Of a stretch of DNA of 64,000 bases, positions 43,455 through 54,559 are shown in pieces (within the stretch, counting starts at the first letter, position 1; each line of letters begins with the position of its first letter). The position numbers and the translations under genes were made by a program. Source of the DNA: Balanoglossus misakiensis. Lineage: Eukaryota > Animalia > Hemichordata. Where the stretch lies: the NCBI GenBank assembly GCA_040954595.2, contig CM082581.2:8082059-8146058 (forward strand). The letters run 5' to 3'. Below the pieces are notes generated by a model. The model worked only from the letters and a program-made list of their open reading frames with translations. It had not been told where the DNA came from and searched no databases.

Positions 43455-43673
43455 CTAAACTTGACAGATATACCAGTATGCGACAAAATGACAACAATCA
43501 TGCTACCGTACGGGGGATCTCGCTTGGAACGTACTATTAGTCTGGGTGATCACGTCAAGCGACAAAACTGAAATGAATTGAAATGAACAAACCCTACCCC
43601 CGATGATTCAGAAGTCAACGGTCTCATAATCCCACACGAAAGCACTCGTTAAAGATCGTTATCAGTAAATTAA

Positions 43674-44024
43674 CACGGCGTGTTCATTTCATATTCTCCA
43701 TAAAACCATATCAGTAATAACTTGAAAACAAATCAATTCTGTTATCTCCTCATCTGGGCTACTCTGACGTGTTTATTACAAACGCGTGTAAGGCTCCCCT
43801 GTTTTGTTTTTAGTTTCCGTGCTTATCAGTACCATCGAAGGATACTGACATAATTTCTATGATAATTATGCTTCTCTCCATCTGACATAAAAATTGAGAC
43901 GGTTTCACGGTGCAGCGGTAATGAGATTTCATGGCACGCATAAGAATCATTATTGTCAATGATTTACAGTGACAACAAATTAAATGACTCTGATAACGAG
44001 CACAGCTTGTAACCGGTTCACGAA
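43674..44024 (-). repeat. Duplicated non-coding block B (inverted copy of 7098-7435)
   Basis: Reverse complement aligns to block A along its length. Confidence 0.95.
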
Positions 44025-44487
44025 ATCCAGTGTTTTATTAACTGTATGTATTTTTTGTACATGTTGTTAGAGCTCCTTTTCCTGTAGAAAAAAAGGAACT
44101 TACATGGCCTATTACATTTCCAGTTTGTCCATTATTTTTACGTCTGACAGTATACAGCTTTCGCTCAAGGACTATCGTGCTACAAACGCGACATCCATCG
44201 GCCAAGGAAAGCGATCGCCAGAGTGAGACTTGGTTCAGAGCAGTTCTTGATTGTCTTAATTAGGTTAATTATGATTAATTTGCATTTCGGCGCTGTGAAA
44301 TGGCACAAGTTTGGCGCTACTCCGGCTGTATTATAGTCGTACAGTTTACGTAGTTAGTTGTACGGATGCATTCGAAGACTTCGACACACTCTTTTTAATC
44401 ATATATGGGCACTTGTAAATTAAGGGTGATTTTATTCTTTGTATTCCGTGTGATGTTTTTTTTCTTAGTTAATTAGCTTCGAATCTG

Positions 44488-44666
44488 CGCTTATCAGTTT
44501 CATCGCAAACCTGACGCGGCTATTTCCATGGTAATTATTCAGCTTTCACTGCTGTTATAGATTTGCGTGTTACAGTGGTAATGAGATCTGATGGCACATG
44601 TATGGATCATTAACGGCCATGATTTACAATTATAACAAATTTAACTTCCTCTGATGACGAGCTCAG
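44488..44666 (-). repeat. Third, diverged partial copy (C) of block A/B core
   Basis: GCTTATCAGT..TTTCCATGGTAATTAT..GGTAATGAGATCTGATGGCAC..ATCATT..ATGATTTACA..AACAAATT..CTCTGATGACGAGC is collinear with 43820-44004. Confidence 0.85.
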
Positions 44667-45190
44667 ATAGAGACAAGATAGTGAAATACTACTCTCCTCC
44701 TAAAACTCCATACCATGCATGCACACGATTTTGCGTGATTTCACCCCTTGTTTCTTTAATTCACATCTTAGTAAAAAATAGTTCCACGCTTGAAGGGTTA
44801 ATAACAAAATAGTCATAAAAAGTTAAAGATTCAATTATCTGATTTTGGTTCACCAACCTGGTAATTATGGGCTCTTACTGACAAACCAGTATCATTTTAT
44901 TGTTGTTTTGTATTCGCACCCACAGATACCAGTCGAAAAATCCACTGTACTAACATCTAACACGGGAATGAAACCAGTGTTTTCTGTGTGATTACTGGAC
45001 AGGAAATAAGAAATATTAGTCCAGTACCAGAATTAATGGCTGTCCAGGGAAGAAGCGTGCAAAGAAGCTGAACATGCACCAGGATTACTGTAGCGAACAC
45101 ATAATTGTAAAACGGTATACAGCAAAGTGTTGTACTTAACGCAGCTGATCTGATAAGGTGCAAGGCGCGATTACATATTCTACCATTGTA

Positions 45191-45322
45191 TCCCACCGTT
45201 GCATTCAAACATGCATTAAAGTCCCATCACCCGCCTGATGAAAATGTCGCTTCTGGCTGATTGGTGATCAAACGAGCGATAAACAAGGCTCTCGTCCCTT
45301 CCTCCCTTTTCGCCGCTCGCCG
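45191..45322 (+). repeat. Duplicated non-coding block E (direct copy of 5736-5864)
   Basis: Identical 28-mer plus collinear flanks. Confidence 0.85.
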
Positions 45323-47892
45323 GCGACACTTCACATTAAGCTCGCTTTTCGTTGATTGATGCGACGCCCCGGCCTATACTGTAGCCGGTAATTTCGTCCG
45401 AACGCTCCACAACCCCAGCCTGGTCAACTGCATATCCACGCTAATCGAGCCACAGTGGAAAATTTGCGCCTGATGACTTCGGCGAGTTTGTTGCGATGAT
45501 CTGGTATTTATTTTTATTTATTTTATTTACACTTTTAAAGAGAGTCCGATTTTAAAATACTTAATATTGAGTAATATTCATCGGGGCTAGTACCATACAA
45601 GAGAAAACACAGGGGAAAAATGAAAACCCACTCTCAGAGTTTTAATTTGCATAAAGACAAAAAATTGGCAATCACATCCATCTCACAACTCATCCCGGCA
45701 ACGTTAATGCAACGTCATCACACTGATCACCAAACTTACGACAACCGTCGCCAAATGTCGTTTCTTCGACGCCTGTGTGACATGTGAAACTTTTCTTCTT
45801 GCTTTCCAAGGCCCCGACCAGTCGCCACCTGTACCGCGCGCATGCGTGAGTTTTATCGGGGGAGATAATTTCCGAACCCTGTGTATAAAGTGGTAAAATG
45901 CTGATTTAGGAACGACTTGGGAATATTTACTGTAACAATTACTGATTTTCGATAGAGATAGGGGTCTATAAAACGGACGGCTTAATGCAAGTCATTTCCA
46001 AACACCATAGCCTGTACTTTGGCAAGGATTTGCGAGTAATTGCCTTAAAGTAATTGCATCCCGATAAATAGCGTGGCTGTAGTAGCACAGTCGTCCATCA
46101 CTGGAGAGAATATCCCCCATGGGTACGCTTCGGAAACTACCTGTGTACTCCAATTGTGCAGAGAACAATTCGTACTCTATACCTCTAAAAAGAAGCCCCA
46201 CTGAAATCCCATTAAACGAGAGTACCCGAGGCGCGGCAGTGTCAACTGTTGTCAAAACTTTTACAGGAAAAAATGGCGTGTCTCGTTTAACCCTTGCCCC
46301 GAAGTCAGTGCCGTAGAGCGATGCGTCTTGTCGGTTTCCGACGGCTTGCTATTAATTAGCGTCGGCGAGTGACGAATTCGGGAGAAATATGGGGACGCCG
46401 GTGTAAAGTTTAGCACGACTGTTGACATGTACGATTAATCATTTAAGCCATCGTTATGGTTAGCGCCTTAATGAGGACATAAATTACAGATTTTACAACC
46501 GTCCAATTTGCATTCATTTGCTATATTCGTCCGGTCCCAGCGCTGAGTCGGTCCGGACACCGTGACGGTTTGTCCCGTCTCAGGGTAGGCGACCGACTTA
46601 GCGCATGGCTATGGGTGTGGTCGGAATCGATGTTGACAGAAAACTGGAATAATATGGATGAGGGCTTTTGAATAGAACTGCGTGTCGCTTCTGGGGAACA
46701 GTTCTTTGGAAGAGATTTATAAATTAAAAGTCGTTCATCAAAGTTGCGACAAGTTTTACGTGTTCGCGCACAGAAATGTTAATTTTGAGCAACTCTCTTT
46801 CTAATTCTTCGTCGCAGGCTGTGGTGTGAATGCGTGTGATTTGAAGGACTCGGGCAAGACTCGTGGGAGAAGTGGGGTGGGGGCTTTCGATTTCAAAAAT
46901 CAGAGTGGATCACCCTGGCTTTCTTTGTCTCATCGTGTATTTCCACCTGCGGGACAATACACAACGTACATTTTAATCTTTGTTCTCCGTAGACACAGGC
47001 TACAATAATTATTGTTCTGGAATCAAGACCGCGGCATTTGGAAAACTTTAAGAGCAACCTAAAGTCAATTGAAAATAGGTCACATTCACATGCGCGCATA
47101 TGGTATTGACGATTGTTTTTTTGCGGATTTCCCTTCCAACAGGTACATGTCAACAACACTGCCATGCACTTTCACCTGGTTCAGTTGCTTCGTCTAATTC
47201 AAACAGTGGCAAGCGAAGGACAAAAGAACTATGAATAGCTGATCAATGTTCCATAAATCTAATCCAGAACAAACAACTTAAAACGATAAATCAAACTCTC
47301 GTAAAGCCTAATCCAGAGGTAATAGCTGTAAAGTATTTCTGGAGGCACGGAAAGGCACTTAACAATGGTACCTGACACACACACAAAAACAGGTACTTGT
47401 ACGCCCTATACTGAACAAAAACGAAATCGTGCATTAGCCCAGTGCTAGAGGGCGGTAGTGATATTCTAGCTTCAGTAGGAGCCAACACTGCGTTACACCG
47501 TGACTATGGATACTTGAGAAAAACGAGTGTCTATGGTTACTTTACAGCTGGTGTTAGTCGTCGCTTATACATAGCGCAGCCACCGATAGACTAGGAGCCG
47601 GACGTTGCCTGGTCACTTTTTCACTGACTTCTGAAACAGAACTTTTTCATCGTTACATGTACAGTTCTTCGTGCAATTAAATAGCAATGACCATACAATT
47701 ATTTTTATTTAGCCCTACATTCGTAATTTCTCTATTGTCTCATCAATCATGGGCTGTTATCGTCGACAACGAAGAGCGCGCTAGGAGTTTTACTTGTACT
47801 TCGGGCCATCTTTGGACCCAGCTTGGATGAGTACGTGCCTGGGCCGTCATTTGCAAACGCCCCCACGCGCATGCCCATTGAATGTGATCAAA

Positions 47893-48029
47893 ATGGCGGA
47901 CAGTTGGAAGAAATTATCAAATGTTGTCTCTTTCACAGCGATTGTGAGCGAAGAGACTCTGAAAAGTCAACGCGAGAACATTCTGAGCGAAATAGAATCA
48001 TCAAGCGATCCACTGGGACCCACAGTCAG
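47893..48029 (+). CDS. EXOC6: Exocyst Sec15/EXOC6, alternative first exon 1a
   Basis: aaaATGGCGG start; MADSWKKLSNVVSFTAIVSEETLKSQRENILSEIESSSDPLGPTVR; donor AG|GTAACA phase 2, compatible with exon 2. Confidence 0.75.
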
Positions 48030-48345
48030 GTAACACTGCCCTCAAACTGTACCCTTTCAAGTGGGACAATGATCAACAGTTGAAATAGATAAGTGAATGG
48101 TGTGAACTGTTTCACTAAACTTCCTCATCAGTCGAGGTCATAAACAAACGTGTATTAATCATATTTGCTTGCGTTTGGTGCGACGGTGACGGGGTCGGGA
48201 CAGGTGAGCCCTCTCGACCAATCAAACAAACTCAAAAAGTTACTTGCAATGCACAGAGTATTGTAATATTATAAGCAGGGCTCATGGATAGGTATTCATT
48301 CTAACGGATCTGACGTCGACTGCCTGAATGAAGGCAGTTTTCAAG

Positions 48346-48443
48346 ATGGCGGACGTTGTAGATGTCATAGCTGTACGTGATCACGAAAGGCTAGTGTTGG
48401 AGATCGAAGAGTCTGATCCAGCTTGTATTGGGCTCACGTTCAG
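48346..48443 (+). CDS. EXOC6: Exocyst Sec15/EXOC6, alternative first exon 1b (canonical type)
   Basis: CAAGATGGCGG start (YY1-like); MADVVDVIAVRDHERLVLEIEESDPACIGLTFR resembles the vertebrate EHERILxEIESTDTACxGPTLR; donor AG|GTATAT phase 2. Confidence 0.85.
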
Positions 48444-49822
48444 GTATATAGTGATCAATAGGTTATTTTAGCCAGAAATTCCACCATTGCCTTCCCGTGT
48501 GTCGCAGAGATGCCCTCGTTTTTAGCATAAACGTCCAGTTATGATTGACATGTACATGATGTAGTGTACACTAACATATTGATTGACTTGAAACAAATGC
48601 ATTATAGTCTATCGTCAATCGGCGATCGGCCTGCAGTATCAATCTATGTGGTCCAGTATATTCCACACCGAACCTTGGGTTTAGTGACTGTTAATTTGCG
48701 TTTTCATGCCAAGGCAGATGTTTATCCCTAGTGTATGTGTTCTGCTGTCATGTTCTGTATACATGTACATGTATTGTATTGCTATGTCTGATGGGTGCGG
48801 TACAGTACATGTAGTGGCTGCAATAACACACGGATCATATTCTGTAGTTGTTGTTGTTGTTGTTATTATTATTATTATTATACATGTCACAGAATAGAAA
48901 TGTGTACAAGCGTTGGGTACTGAACTCACTGTAATTAACAATCGCCACTGATGCCCGGGTGCCCTAAGAGGCAGTGTTTTGCATTGGCTTGAGTATGTGA
49001 CATTTTACCTGTATATGAGTCATACATAACGGCCATGACCCCAGTTCATTAATCAAATGTTGAATATACATGTAGTCAGTTACAGTCTGCTGTAGCCAGC
49101 AAAAGTACTTATGTGTTATGTATTCATCATGCAATGAATGTGTATTCTGTAGCCAGAACATGTAGGAAATCACAATTAAGATGTCTGTGAAAGAATAGAC
49201 TCAGACTTCATAAGTGTTGTTGCATCATTAATCTCACAGACCGTGTTAATATTTCACTCACTACAGGCTGTTGTTTTAAAATTGCTTCTGAAATTGGATA
49301 TGTGCATTGTACATGTATGTGAAGCTGATTTCTTGATAGGAGGAATGCCTACATTGTATGTTTAGATAGGAAGTTCGGTATCTGGCAGTAATATCAAACT
49401 ATTGATATTTGTGTGAATATTTCTTTAACTAAGTGAGTATGGTATTCGTGAGAGCCAGCAGGTGAACATTTTCAGTGGTTGCAGTCAACAGCTTTTATTT
49501 CACATTTGTAGTTTTGCGGCACCCACCATTATGTTTGCTCATTGTCTCGAGAGAAAATGTGCATTGAGAGAATTGCACAATCATAAATCATAATCATAAT
49601 AATTAATATTTGATTCAATAGATGATAGATTACCGTGCAATGTGTATCCCAAAGCGAACTTTTAAACAAACTATATGCTCCCTGTTGAATAAATCCAGAA
49701 TGATTTTGCCTGGGAAAACGGGTGGAAAAATACCTGTACTTGATAAAAGTCTGCTGCAAGAACCAAAGGACCACTCTTGGACAGCCATTAACATTGCTTA
49801 TAATTTTGATTTGGCTCCCCAG

Positions 49823-49988
49823 AGCGATATATGATGGCAATGAACATGAGAAGTTTCTGGAACAGCTGGATGTCAGAATTCGAAGCCATGACAAGGACAT
49901 TGAGAGGATGTGTAACTTTCACTACCACGGCTTCACAGACAGCATTGCTGAGTTACTGAAAGTCAGAGGGGAATGTGAAAAACTCAAG
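49823..49988 (+). CDS. EXOC6: EXOC6 exon 2
   Basis: AIYDGNEHEKFLEQLDVRIRSHDKDIERMCNFHYHGFTDSIAELLKVRGECEKLK; AG/GT sites. Confidence 0.95.
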
Positions 49989-50167
49989 GTATGTACTCGT
50001 CAATTTTTCTGTCCACTCATTTTCAATTGCATCAAATTCTGCAATGTTTGCTGTTTGATTATTATGTGTTGTACATGTAGAATACAGTGAGTTATTATGT
50101 GCTTTTCCCTCAGGTAAAGAAGTTGTCTATCAGATTTCTATTAACTTGCACAATTCTTCTCGAACAG

Positions 50168-50306
50168 GGTCATGTCCTTGGCGCAAACAGAGAACTCCAG
50201 GACTCGGGAAGAGAACTGGTTGCCAAGGCAACTGAGTTGGAGCAACAAAGGATAATACAGAGAAACATTGTTGCAGCCGTGGAGCATTTACAGTTATGTT
50301 TACCAG
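50168..50306 (+). CDS. EXOC6: EXOC6 exon 3
   Basis: GHVLGANRELQDSGRELV..QRNIVAAVEHLQLCLP; AG/GT sites, phase 0 to 1. Confidence 0.93.
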
Positions 50307-50495
50307 GTGAGAATTCTGTTCAGTTGTTTGCCACATCTTTCGTTTGTGAACACTGTATTTTCATTGCGTGTATTGCTTACAAGAAGTATCTCAGAATTCC
50401 TGAGCAGAAAATAAAGATGACATCTTGGTCACACTTTCATCTGTACTACACAACTATCAATTTTTCATAATGATCTGTATGTCTTTTACCCCCAG

Positions 50496-50541
50496 TTTTA
50501 GAAATGTACACAAAGCTGAACGAACAGATGAAAAATGAAAG
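50496..50541 (+). CDS. EXOC6: EXOC6 exon 4
   Basis: VLEMYTKLNEQMKNER; phases 1 to 2 fit the neighbours. Confidence 0.92.
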
Positions 50542-50627
50542 GTGAGAAACAATAAAGCTCTGAGTAATCACATGATAAGCACAGTCAGTGTGTTTGCATG
50601 ACATTTCTATGATTGAAAAGTAAACAG

Positions 50628-50768
50628 TTGAATGCCACCTACTGCTAGATGCAGCATGTTTTCCATGGTGTTGGATCCGGCAAAGTGGCAGAGAGAAAAA
50701 AGCCAGAAAAACTATCCTTGTCTTTCTCTGCTCACCATCGGAGTCAGACTGGGCAAATTCTGGCGACA
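50628..50768 (+). repeat. 141-bp intronic repeat, copy 1 (copy 2 at 51550-51690)
   Basis: TTGAATGCCACCTACTGCTAGATGCAGC..GGGCAAATTCTGGCGACA, only a few substitutions between copies. Confidence 0.95.
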
Positions 50769-51100
50769 GATTTTATTCGCAACCAGGTATGATGAAATTT
50801 TGGGGCAAGCATCATATTGAATATTGAACAGAAGTATATGTCTACAACTTATTTGACATCCCAAATGTATTATGTACAAAGTGTTCTTTGTATTTCAAAT
50901 TCATATCCACGTATTGTATGTTGCTGGTAATCTATGATTTTATGGAATGTGGATGGGTATGATTGAAAGGAAAAATATTTTAGACTCGAGGAGAGTAAAC
51001 TGCACAGTGGACAGCACTCCATATGTTCTAAGAATGAAAAAGTCATGTCAACCCTTTAGCATATGCAATTGGGAGTTCAACATTAAATCTTTTTCTTCAG

Positions 51101-51305
51101 GTACTATCCGGCACTGAAAACTTTAGAACAGCTAGAACACACATACCTGCCAAGGGTCAAGGAATACAGGTTTTCCCAGATAATGAGAGAGAATATTCCT
51201 AAACTGAGAGAAAACATCAAAGAAGCTTCCAAGTCAGAGTTTGTCGACTTCCTGGAGAACATCCGGAAGCATTCGGACAGAATTGGGCAAGTTGCAATGC
51301 AGCAG
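51101..51305 (+). CDS. EXOC6: EXOC6 exon 5
   Basis: YYPALKTLEQLEHTYLPRV..DFLENIRKHSDRIGQVAMQQ. Confidence 0.95.
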
Positions 51306-51549
51306 GTTTGTTGGTTATATTTCAAGTATCCCATGGCTAAGTTGAAATTAGTTCCCTTGTCTAGATCTTAACACATGTACAAGACCTATAGTTTTGTTGT
51401 CACAAGTTTTACTGTACATTTCTATCTCAAAGGAGATTAGGATTATTAAGTAATAGTGAAAACAGACTTACACATATGTATATCCTACCCAGTATGCATG
51501 AGAGAGTGTATAATTTCCATGCGCTCATATACTGATGATGGAATACCCA

Positions 51550-51690
51550 TTGAATGCCACCTACTGCTAGATGCAGCATGTTTTCCATGGTGCTGGATCC
51601 GGCAAAGTGGCAGAGAGAAAAAAGCCAGAAAAACTATCCTCGTCTCGCTCTGCTCACCATCGGAGCCAGGCTGGGCAAATTCTGGCGACA
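51550..51690 (+). repeat. 141-bp intronic repeat, copy 2
   Basis: Direct repeat of 50628-50768. Confidence 0.95.
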
Positions 51691-51813
51691 TACCTCCAAC
51701 TGAAAATATAACATTGATTGTCAGATAATACTTCAATGTAATATATGACACATGGTGTACATGTACACTGGTTAATTTAAGGCTGTACTTAGTTCTGCGA
51801 TTGTTTTCGGCAG

Positions 51814-51978
51814 GCACAGAAGCAGAAGAGTGCCGAAGAAGACCTTCTGAAAAAGGGCAGGGCAGTGACTGGTCACGACAGAGGCAGCCCTATCAGTCCC
51901 CCAGAATCAGAAAGTCAGGACTCCAACCCATTTGCCGAAGATATGGATGAGATGTTAGATGAGGATGAAGATGAGGAG
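51814..51978 (+). CDS. EXOC6: EXOC6 exon 6 (acidic linker with NPF)
   Basis: AQKQKSAEEDLLKK..SNPFAEDMDEMLDEDEDEE; CAG|..|GTAAGT, 165 nt, phase 0. Confidence 0.9.
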
Positions 51979-52171
51979 GTAAGTATTTGCGCTCATTACC
52001 AGACGAAAACTTGAGGTGGTGATTGTCTGCTCTGTGATCTGATATGAAGCAATGTTAAATCAGAATATACCCAGTGCAACAAACAACTTGGTGTGTGTAC
52101 ATCTGATATGTACTTGTAGGTAATGTGCGTATTAAAAATGAAAATTGACTCCTCTAATGTGTTTTGTGCAG

Positions 52172-52324
52172 GAAACCAGTGCCCAGGACATGGTGGATTT
52201 TGCACCAGTGTACAGGTGTCTCCACATCTACTCAGTGCTGGGATCAAGGGAACAATTTGAAACATATTACAGATCGCAGCGAAAAAAACAAGCTAGATTA
52301 GCATCACAGCCACCTAATAACATG
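52172..52324 (+). CDS. EXOC6: EXOC6 exon 7
   Basis: ETSAQDMVDFAPVYRCLHIYSVLGSREQFETYYRSQRKKQARLASQPPNNM, a Sec15 hallmark segment. Confidence 0.96.
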
Positions 52325-52468
52325 GTGAGTTTTATCCATGGTGGATATTCTCGTGCATGCATGTCTATATCTGTGTGTGTAAGCACATGCATCAGAGAAA
52401 TATTTCAGGACTGCAGCAATGTGAAATTGCATCCCAGTGTTTCTCATTCTCTGCTCTCTTTTTTGCAG

Positions 52469-52515
52469 TATGAATCTCTCAATGGCTATTTGAAGTATTT
52501 CCACCAAATTTTAGG
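52469..52515 (+). CDS. EXOC6: EXOC6 exon 8
   Basis: YESLNGYLKYFHQILG; AG/GT sites. Confidence 0.93.
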
Positions 52516-52677
52516 GTGAGTTATTCACTGTTTTTGAGTAATTCTGGGAATACTTTTTCTTGACTTATGTCACGTATGCAGACCAGGGTCAGCGTGCAGT
52601 GTTACCACAAACATTGTTTGACATTATGACAATACATGATGCATTGTTCTTAATGATTGTTATTTGCAATCTTTCAG

Positions 52678-52798
52678 GTTCTTTGTTGTGGAAGATCACA
52701 TCCTCAGCACAACACAGGGTTTAGTTACAAGGGAATACCTGAACGAACTGTGGGATATAGCGTTACATAAGATAGTGGCCATACTTAGAACTCACTCG
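52678..52798 (+). CDS. EXOC6: EXOC6 exon 9
   Basis: FFVVEDHILSTTQGLVTREYLNELWDIALHKIVAILRTHS. Confidence 0.95.
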
Positions 52799-52984
52799 GT
52801 AAGTTCAGAAGCCACTGCGCTTTCCGCACACAAAACTGTGTAATATTGAAAAAAATAAATGAGGAATTATACTTCCATCATATTCCTTGTATTGAACCAA
52901 CAGATTTTGTGATGATCTTAGAAATGACAACTTTGGTTTTCTGAACTGCTGTTAATGCTGATGTATGCCTTTGATGTTCCACAG

Positions 52985-53056
52985 GCCTACTGTACAGACG
53001 CGACACTTCTACTGGAAATCAAGAATCAAATCGTGCTGTTCTGTCACACTATTACA
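52985..53056 (+). CDS. EXOC6: EXOC6 exon 10
   Basis: AYCTDATLLLEIKNQIVLFCHTIT; AG/GTAAGT. Confidence 0.93.
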
Positions 53057-53215
53057 GTAAGTACGCCTATCAGATCAGCTGCCCCTTTTATCACTCATCA
53101 ACTCCACTCGGCTGGTATGGTTTTGACTGATGTTACTGTTATATTTATTAGACTGTCACACAATACTTGTACCATACTGAACCCATATCACGTTGATTCT
53201 AAATTCTGTTCTCAG

Positions 53216-53419
53216 AGCTATGGTTACCAAGCATCCAAACTTCTTGAACTCCTAGTCGAAATCAAGGACCAGTACAACGAAATCCTGATGAAAAAGTGGG
53301 TGCAGGTATTCCGGGATATCTTTGACGAGGATAACTACACATCCATGTACGTGGAGTGGGAAGAGGAGTATAACCGAGTGACGGATCAGTTTCCCTATCA
53401 CGATGGAGAGCTTGAAAAG
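53216..53419 (+). CDS. EXOC6: EXOC6 exon 11
   Basis: SYGYQASKLLELLVEIKDQYNEILMKKWVQVFRDIFDEDNYTSM..FPYHDGELEK. Confidence 0.95.
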
Positions 53420-53528
53420 GTGAGGAGCTCAAAGAAGTTTCCATGTCCATGGAGTTTGAAACACTGAGTATCTGCATATCATCTCAGACAGTGATGTTAA
53501 TGATCAATTAAATATTTTTGGTTTTCAG

Positions 53529-53638
53529 CAATCCTATCCCAAAAGGCTGCCATTTTCGGAATTTGTGCCAATGACCTACCACCAAATAAAGGAGTTCATC
53601 TATGCATGCTTGAAATTCTCGGAAGATCTTAATCTAAG
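53529..53638 (+). CDS. EXOC6: EXOC6 exon 12
   Basis: QSYPKRLPFSEFVPMTYHQIKEFIYACLKFSEDLNLS. Confidence 0.95.
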
Positions 53639-53768
53639 GTGAGCTTTATTCTGCCAGCTGTAATGATTGAATATACTTGTTGATAAAGATATTAAAATTC
53701 TGTGAAAATTAGAGATCCAAGCTTTCGTTAACATGCTCTTACACTGTACTGAATTTTTTTACTTTCAG

Positions 53769-53880
53769 TCACACAGAAGTAGATGATATGGTTAGAAAAT
53801 CAGCCAATCTGTTGTTGTCACGGACACTTAGTGGCTGCCTGTCAGCTCTCATCAAAAAAGAACACCTAGGATTAGCAGAG
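53769..53880 (+). CDS. EXOC6: EXOC6 exon 13
   Basis: HTEVDDMVRKSANLLLSRTLSGCLSALIKKEHLGLAE. Confidence 0.95.
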
Positions 53881-54014
53881 GTCAGTTTCTCAATTTCATA
53901 TTATTTGATCAGCCATTCTCTCTCACCCTAGGCCTTCATTAACCCTTTCAGTTTGGTAGGAAGTATTGTTGATTGAACTCGTAAACAAGTGTATGATTCT
54001 TTTTTTATCTCCAG

Positions 54015-54094
54015 CTGATTCAGATTACAATTAATACCACCCACCTGGAAAAATCATGTGTTTATCTCGAAGAATTCATATCCAATATAACTGG
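54015..54094 (+). CDS. EXOC6: EXOC6 exon 14
   Basis: LIQITINTTHLEKSCVYLEEFISNITG. Confidence 0.95.
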
Positions 54095-54324
54095 GTAAGT
54101 AGCAAATGTAACACAATATGCATCTACTCCTTAACTAACTTATAATTTTCATCACATATTTGTGTGTTGAAGTTTTGTATGTTTTCTCCAGACTTGGCCA
54201 TGATTTCAATTGAAATTTACAGGTGACCTGAATATATTTGTTTAACCTCGGAAATGCCTGAAGAAATGAATAACTAATAATAACCACAGTAATTAGTCAC
54301 CTCTGTTGTTCCAACCACAAATAG

Positions 54325-54559
54325 TGCTCCAGCTGACAGTAAACACGCCACAAGTCTCCAAGGCGTCACCATCTTCAAAGACGCGCGGAACGAGGCGGAA
54401 CAACAGATTTACAGATCGCTCAACGCCAAGATGGACGACTTCCTGGAGCTGGCGTCTTACAACTGGAAATTGGAAGAGTCCAAGGGTCATTCCAGTGGCT
54501 ACCTCATGGACCTGATCGCCTTCCTGGAAAGTAATTTCATCGCCTTCAATCATCTTCCT
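54325..54559 (+). CDS. EXOC6: EXOC6 exon 15
   Basis: APADSKHATSLQGVTIFKDARNEAEQQIY..DDFLELASYNW..SGYLMDLIAFLESNFIAFNHLP; donor GTAAGT phase 0. Confidence 0.94.

Noticed and set aside
43127-43571. CCVVL / HNTTQ repeat ORFs
   Set aside because: Artefacts of the (GTGTT)n microsatellite.
54325-54332. Alternative CAG acceptor at 54330-54332 for EXOC6 exon 15
   Set aside because: Shifts the frame and gives an immediate TGA; the upstream TAG (54322-54324) preserves the conserved protein.
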